Both the position numbers and the translations under genes were made by a program. Below the pieces are notes generated by a model, which had not been told where the DNA came from, did not search any database, and saw nothing but the letters and a program-made list of their open reading frames with translations. 64,000 nucleotides of DNA from Candidatus Anstonellales archaeon (lineage in GTDB: Archaea > Micrarchaeota > Micrarchaeia > Anstonellales > J096), in assembly GCA_038890745.1 (NCBI GenBank), contig JAWAFD010000004.1:32001-96000 (forward strand), written 5' to 3'. Position 1 is the stretch's first letter. Each line of letters starts with the position of its first letter. Below are positions 59,661-64,000 of this stretch, piece after piece.

Positions 59661-59774
59661 GGGCCCATAGTCGAGAGCCTTAAGCCCTGCTAACATTTGT
59701 CAGCTGAGGCCGACAATGGTTAAGACGCCACCCTTACAAGGTGGAGATCCCCAGTTCGATCCTGGGTGGGCCCA
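59661..59774 (+). tRNA. tRNA-Val(TAC) with 41-nt D-loop intron (15/16; 59676-59716)
   Basis: GGGCCCA/TGGGCCC; CCACC-CTTACAA-GGTGG; CCCAG-TTCGATC-CTGGG; GTCG/CGAC helix with AG^A and AA^T cut sites restores GTCGAG-TGG. Confidence 0.9.
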
Positions 59775-59778
59775 AAAG

Positions 59779-59828
59779 CCAGGGGGGGGCCTTAGCTTAT
59801 TAGTTGACCCCCTAGCTTCAACCCCCTA
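59779..59828 (+). repeat. Copy of the ~50-nt GC-hairpin repeat in the tRNA-Val 3' trailer
   Basis: AGCTTATTAGTTGACCCCCTAGCTTCAACCCCCTA vs AGCTTATTAGATGACCCCCCTAGCTCCAACCCCCCTA at 26294-26330. Confidence 0.8.
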
Positions 59829-59844
59829 ATAGATTAGATGTTTT

Positions 59845-60264
59845 TTATTCTTCTATTTCAAGAGGCAATCCTTTTTCCTCAAACCTTTTTTGCATGTTTT
59901 CCCAGTGCATCTGCCCTCTTTCTTTATTTTCCATTTTTTTCATAAAATAAGCATGGACTTCGGAAATAATTTCTATATACGCCGCTGCTTCATCGGACTG
60001 CACAAGCACGTATGGTTTTAGCAATTCGATCAAAGCATCGAAATAAGCATTTCCTTTCCCCAGTTTATCGTTATCAACTTCTTTGCAGAACCATGCTGCA
60101 ATTTCTTCAGCACTTTTTCCTTCCTCAACCATTTTCTTTATCTGCTCTTTTATACTATCCACTTTCTTCTCCGCAACCTCCTTGAATTTTCCAAACTCTA
60201 CTCCTCCATTCGGCCCAGGTTTTATTCCGGGTTTTCCTGTTGGTTTTTTTGTGTCTTTGAACAT
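59845..60264 (-). CDS. Hypothetical protein
   Basis: 139-aa ORF with GGTGA SD-like motif upstream. Confidence 0.65.
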   Translation of the reverse strand: MFKDTKKPTGKPGIKPGPNGGVEFGKFKEVAEKKVDSIKEQIKKMVEEGKSAEEIAAWFCKEVDNDKLGKGNAYFDALIELLKPYVLVQSDEAAAYIEIISEVHAYFMKKMENKERGQMHWENMQKRFEEKGLPLEIEE

Positions 60265-60350
60265 ACACTCACCAATGTATTTTTATGTTAAAATATGTTT
60301 AAATATCTTTCGTTTTGTTTTTAAATATTTCTTCATCAAAATACCATCCA

Positions 60351-60474
60351 GGGCCTGTAGCTCAGCCTGGTCAGAGCGCCGGACTCTTAATCCGGGTGTC
60401 GGGGGTTCGAAGAGCCCTTTTTGCTTCGCAAAAAGCGCTTCAGCGGAAAAGGTTCGGAAATCCCCCCAGGCCCG
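60351..60474 (+). tRNA. tRNA-Lys(CTT) with 49-nt T-loop intron (59/60; 60412-60460)
   Basis: GGGCCTG/CAGGCCC; CCGGA-CTCTTAA-TCCGG; BHB TTCG/CGGA with AAG and AAT bulges, AGCC/GGTT inner helix. Confidence 0.93.
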
Positions 60475-60485
60475 ATGGTGCGAAA

Positions 60486-60980
60486 ATGAGATACATAAAA
60501 TACTCTTGGGAGGAAATAGAAAAGCTTACTGAAAAATTGGCCGAGAAAATAAAAAAGAGCGGTTTCAGGCCGGATTATTTAGTGGGCATTCTTCGCGGGG
60601 GATTGGTTCCGGCTAGGCTGCTATCGGATTTTTTGGACGATACGAAGATTTCGTTTATAGGCGTAGAGTTCTACAAAGGTATTGCAGAAACTAAGGATTC
60701 CCCAACCATTACTCAACCCATCCCGATTGATGTTAAGGGAAAGACTATTCTCCTTGTTGATGAGATTGCGGATACAGGAAAAAGCATCATGGTTGCTATA
60801 AATCATCTTAAAGAAAAGGGGGCCAAGGAGGTGAAGATTGCAGTTATAGATTATAGGTTCACATCAAAATTTAAGCCGGATTTTTATGCCCGGAAAATAA
60901 AAACAAAGGCATGGGTAATCTATCCTTGGATGAAAAAGGAAACAGAAAGACTGCTTAAGAAAAAGGTTGAGGAATTATGA
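60486..60980 (+). CDS. Purine phosphoribosyltransferase (type I PRT)
   Basis: GILRGGLVP, ILLVDEIADTGKS, WVIYPW; ATG at 60486 (longer ORF overlaps the tRNA). Confidence 0.9.
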   Translation: MRYIKYSWEEIEKLTEKLAEKIKKSGFRPDYLVGILRGGLVPARLLSDFLDDTKISFIGVEFYKGIAETKDSPTITQPIPIDVKGKTILLVDEIADTGKSIMVAINHLKEKGAKEVKIAVIDYRFTSKFKPDFYARKIKTKAWVIYPWMKKETERLLKKKVEEL

Positions 60981-61513
60981 AGGCAGCGGGATACTGGATA
61001 TACACAATAGCTATGCTTGTTTTTGCCCTACCTATATTTATAACTCCATTGATAGGACCTTCAAACCAAAAACTTTTTCTTTTTATGCATGAACTTTATG
61101 GCCCAACCTGCCACCAGCTGACCTCCCGTTCGCTTTGCTATTTTCCAGCAAACCTTACGATTACAAATTGTTTTCCAACCAATGAATTTAGTTTGAGTAA
61201 GCAGGCGATTGTAAAAAGGGAAGAGTTTGGCACCGGCTACAAGTTTCCTGTTTGCGCAAGGGATGTTGGTGTGTATGGAGCAGCCCTTCTTTCAGCTCTT
61301 CTCTACCCATTGTTATTCAAAAAAGACAATCTGGAAATCCCACCGTTGATATTTTTCATAGTTGCGATTCTTCCGATGGCGATAGATGGAGGGATGCAGC
61401 TTATAGGAGTGTGGGAGAGCACAAACCCGTTAAGAGTTACAACCGGTGCAATAGCCGGATTTGCTATGACTTTCTACGCAATCCCTCTTTTAAACAGAAT
61501 ATTTAGAAAATAA
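60977..61513 (+). CDS. DUF2085-type membrane protein
   Basis: CHQ...RS, VCARD.GVY, PMAIDG..Q, STN.LR..TG. Confidence 0.85.
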   Translation: MKAAGYWIYTIAMLVFALPIFITPLIGPSNQKLFLFMHELYGPTCHQLTSRSLCYFPANLTITNCFPTNEFSLSKQAIVKREEFGTGYKFPVCARDVGVYGAALLSALLYPLLFKKDNLEIPPLIFFIVAILPMAIDGGMQLIGVWESTNPLRVTTGAIAGFAMTFYAIPLLNRIFRK

Positions 61514-61522
61514 AACAGAAAA

Positions 61523-63412
61523 CTACCTTAACCTTATTGCTTCTAAATTCATGGGTGCTCTTGTTTCAACCATCATGTTTCTTGCTATATCCCTTGCGAA
61601 TTCCTCTGTTTTTCCCCAATCCCCATGCATTGTGAATACCCTGTTTGGCTTCGGTTTTACATTCCTTATCCATGCAACAAGCTGTCTCCTATCACTGTGA
61701 CCGGAAAATCCTTCTACAGTTGTTACCTCCATGTTTATTTTTAGCGTCTTTGCCCTTCCATTCTCGCCAACAATCGGTATTTCTTTTATTCCGTGCTGAA
61801 TCTTGTTTCCTAAAGAAAGAGCGCTCTGGTATCCTACAAAAATAAGCGTGTTTCTCTCATCCTCAGCCATTAGTTTTAGGTATTCTACGGATGGCCCTCC
61901 TGAAAGCATTCCAGAAGGAGCGAGGATAACTGCCGGATCACCGTTTACTATCTCCTCCCTGTTCTCAGCAACTTTAATAAGCGGGCATTCAAATGGGCTA
62001 TCGTTTGAGAGTATTCTCTTGTGCAAGCTGTTTTTAAGATACTCTGGGTAAGCTGTGTGGATTGCAGATGCCTCCATAACCATGCCATCGATATAAATCG
62101 GGACATTCCAATCCGGATTGTTCCTCGCATAATTCTCAAGCACAAGAAGAATCTCCTGGCTCCTTCCAACTGCGAATACAGGAATCAAAACCTTCCCCCT
62201 TCTTTGTACTGTGTTATTTATTACCTCAATAAGCTTCGCTTCTCTTTCCTCTCTTGCCACTCCAATATCATTCCTTCCTCCGTATGTAGATTCTATGAAA
62301 AGCGTTTCAACCCTGGGGAATGTTGTGTGAGCTGGATTGAACAAATTCGTAAAACCAAACTTTATATCCCCACTGTAGATGAGGTTGTGCTTTCCTTCCC
62401 CTATATGCAGGTGTGCTATTGCAGAACCGATTATATGGCCGGCGTTGTAGAATGTAAGCTTCGCACCCGGCGTGATGTCCACAACTTCATCATAATTTAT
62501 GGTTATGATATTTTTGAGCTCTTTCTGTATATCCTCCTTTGTGTACGGAGCATCCGCGCCCCAGAATTTTTTCACTATGTTCAAGTAATCCCTCTGTAAA
62601 AGGGCCATGAGGTCCTTTGTTGGGGGTGTTGCGTAAACCGGCCCATCATACCCATACGCAAAAAGATACGGAAGAAAACCCATGTGGTCAAGATGGCCAT
62701 GCGTAATTATTACAGCATCTATCTCATCTATGGAAAACCCAAGCATGTTTAGATAAGGGAATGCGTACCTAGGGTCCAATGTTTCCGGGTTTATTCCTAC
62801 ATCTATGAGTATCTTGCTCTTGTTTGTCTGTAAAAGAAGGCAACTCCTCCCAACCTCCCTAAATCCACCGAGCATTACTGTTCTTACCCATTCTATCTCG
62901 GGGGATGGCTGATTTATCTTTTTTCCAAGTTTAAGGAGGAATTTTTTTCTATCGCTTGCATACGCAACCTCACTTTTCCTCACTCCTTCTATTGTTGAGG
63001 ATGCCATCGTTGGGGTTCTCAAAACTATCGGTGCCCACCCGGTTCTTATCAATATCTCCTTTAGCCCAACCCCACCCTTTCCTATTATCAAACCGGGTTT
63101 TTCGGATTCTATTATAACTTCTGAAAAATCAGCATTAAACCATATATTCGTGATCTTTGCTTCTTCTGTGAGTATGGATTCTATCTCTTTCTTTGCTTTT
63201 TCAGGGTCCATCAACTGCGATTTGTCAACCCTTACATATATCTTCTTCTTTATCGTGCTCGCAATCTTTTTGACCAAGTCCTCATATTCATAAAATTTCT
63301 TTATATCCTTTACATATATAGCTATCACTAGACCTAGCGGTTCTATGGAAGTCAGACCGCACTCTGGCGGCACTATTTCTTTTATGGCTTTTTCTATCTC
63401 TGCAAACTGCAT
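61523..63412 (-). CDS. fttA: Beta-CASP ribonuclease aCPSF1 / transcription termination factor FttA
   Basis: KH domains, GGFREVGRS, THGHLDH, AGHIIGS, ESTYG, FSGHSD. Confidence 0.95.
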   Translation of the reverse strand: MQFAEIEKAIKEIVPPECGLTSIEPLGLVIAIYVKDIKKFYEYEDLVKKIASTIKKKIYVRVDKSQLMDPEKAKKEIESILTEEAKITNIWFNADFSEVIIESEKPGLIIGKGGVGLKEILIRTGWAPIVLRTPTMASSTIEGVRKSEVAYASDRKKFLLKLGKKINQPSPEIEWVRTVMLGGFREVGRSCLLLQTNKSKILIDVGINPETLDPRYAFPYLNMLGFSIDEIDAVIITHGHLDHMGFLPYLFAYGYDGPVYATPPTKDLMALLQRDYLNIVKKFWGADAPYTKEDIQKELKNIITINYDEVVDITPGAKLTFYNAGHIIGSAIAHLHIGEGKHNLIYSGDIKFGFTNLFNPAHTTFPRVETLFIESTYGGRNDIGVAREEREAKLIEVINNTVQRRGKVLIPVFAVGRSQEILLVLENYARNNPDWNVPIYIDGMVMEASAIHTAYPEYLKNSLHKRILSNDSPFECPLIKVAENREEIVNGDPAVILAPSGMLSGGPSVEYLKLMAEDERNTLIFVGYQSALSLGNKIQHGIKEIPIVGENGRAKTLKINMEVTTVEGFSGHSDRRQLVAWIRNVKPKPNRVFTMHGDWGKTEEFARDIARNMMVETRAPMNLEAIRLR

Positions 63413-64000
63413 TACTCCACCATTTTTGCTACTTGTTTTTTGTCAAATCTTTTGAAGCCTTTTTTTGTTATGACAGCAACATCGATATCCTCGCCGCTTG
63501 CAGCATCCCTCCTTATCGCGGCCCAAACGCTTTTAGCAGCTAGCCTCGCGCCTTCCTCAACGCTCTGATCCTCTTTATACTGTGTTTCGAGAACACCAAA
63601 CGCTATCGGGCTTCCCGAACCGGTTGATGTCATCTTCTCTTCAGTCACGCCCCCAAGAAGGTCCACGCTGAAAAGCCTTGGCCTTTCATCCACACCCCCT
63701 ATAAGAATCTGCACCCAGAATGGGAAGAATTTGTAAGCAGAAAGGATGTTTGCCAGAAGGGTTGCGGCAGCCTCCACGCTTATTGGCTTTCCATGTTCTA
63801 ACCTGTAGTTTTTTACCTCAGTCTGCATCCATCTAACCAGCTTCTGTGCATCTCCTACCGAGCCTGCTATCGTAATCCCAATATGTTCATCTATTTGATA
63901 GATTTTGTCGATGTCCTTGCTTGCTATGAAATATCCCATGGTTGCTCTCCTATCAGAAGCAAAAACAATCCCATCCTTCACAACAATACCTACTGTGGTC
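63412..64000 (-). CDS. psmB: Proteasome beta subunit (5' end outside window)
   Basis: TTVGIV at window edge, DRRAT, AGSVGDAQ, TGSGS, RDAASG; next to aCPSF1 as is common in archaea. Confidence 0.93.
   Translation of the reverse strand, partial: TTVGIVVKDGIVFASDRRATMGYFIASKDIDKIYQIDEHIGITIAGSVGDAQKLVRWMQTEVKNYRLEHGKPISVEAAATLLANILSAYKFFPFWVQILIGGVDERPRLFSVDLLGGVTEEKMTSTGSGSPIAFGVLETQYKEDQSVEEGARLAAKSVWAAIRRDAASGEDIDVAVITKKGFKRFDKKQVAKMVE

Overview
Archaeal chromosomal segment. It carries archaeal PolB, Rpo6, aIF2-gamma, eS6, aCPSF1, proteasome beta, class I CCA enzyme and archease, plus gyrA/gyrB. The compact layout and VirB2-like pilins suggest a DPANN genome, possibly Micrarchaeota; this assignment is inference only. 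Most of the window is housekeeping genes, and the most unusual signal is non-coding. All five tRNA genes I found are interrupted by bulge-helix-bulge (BHB) type introns: Ser(GCT), Trp(CCA, two introns), Lys(TTT), Val(TAC) and Lys(CTT). Three introns sit in the T-loop (59/60) and one in the D-loop (15/16). The Ser (169 nt) and Trp (407 nt) T-loop introns are largely built from a GC-hairpin repeat family of about 50 nt, with six copies, all inside or just after tRNA genes. An 81-bp element with 16-bp terminal inverted repeats is nested in two of these copies at the same position (80/81 identical, opposite orientation relative to the host tRNA), and a third copy shows the empty site. This looks like a small mobile-repeat system that uses spliced tRNA introns as safe havens. 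Other notable items: a double-guide box C/D sRNA whose guides match 23S rRNA peptidyl-transferase-centre sequences, a glutamine-synthetase-like protein and a PP2C-like protein that both lack key catalytic residues, a polytopic-membrane Cdc48-like double AAA ATPase, and a protein with three Xis-like HTH domains. No CRISPR array, rRNA gene, integrase or transposase was seen.
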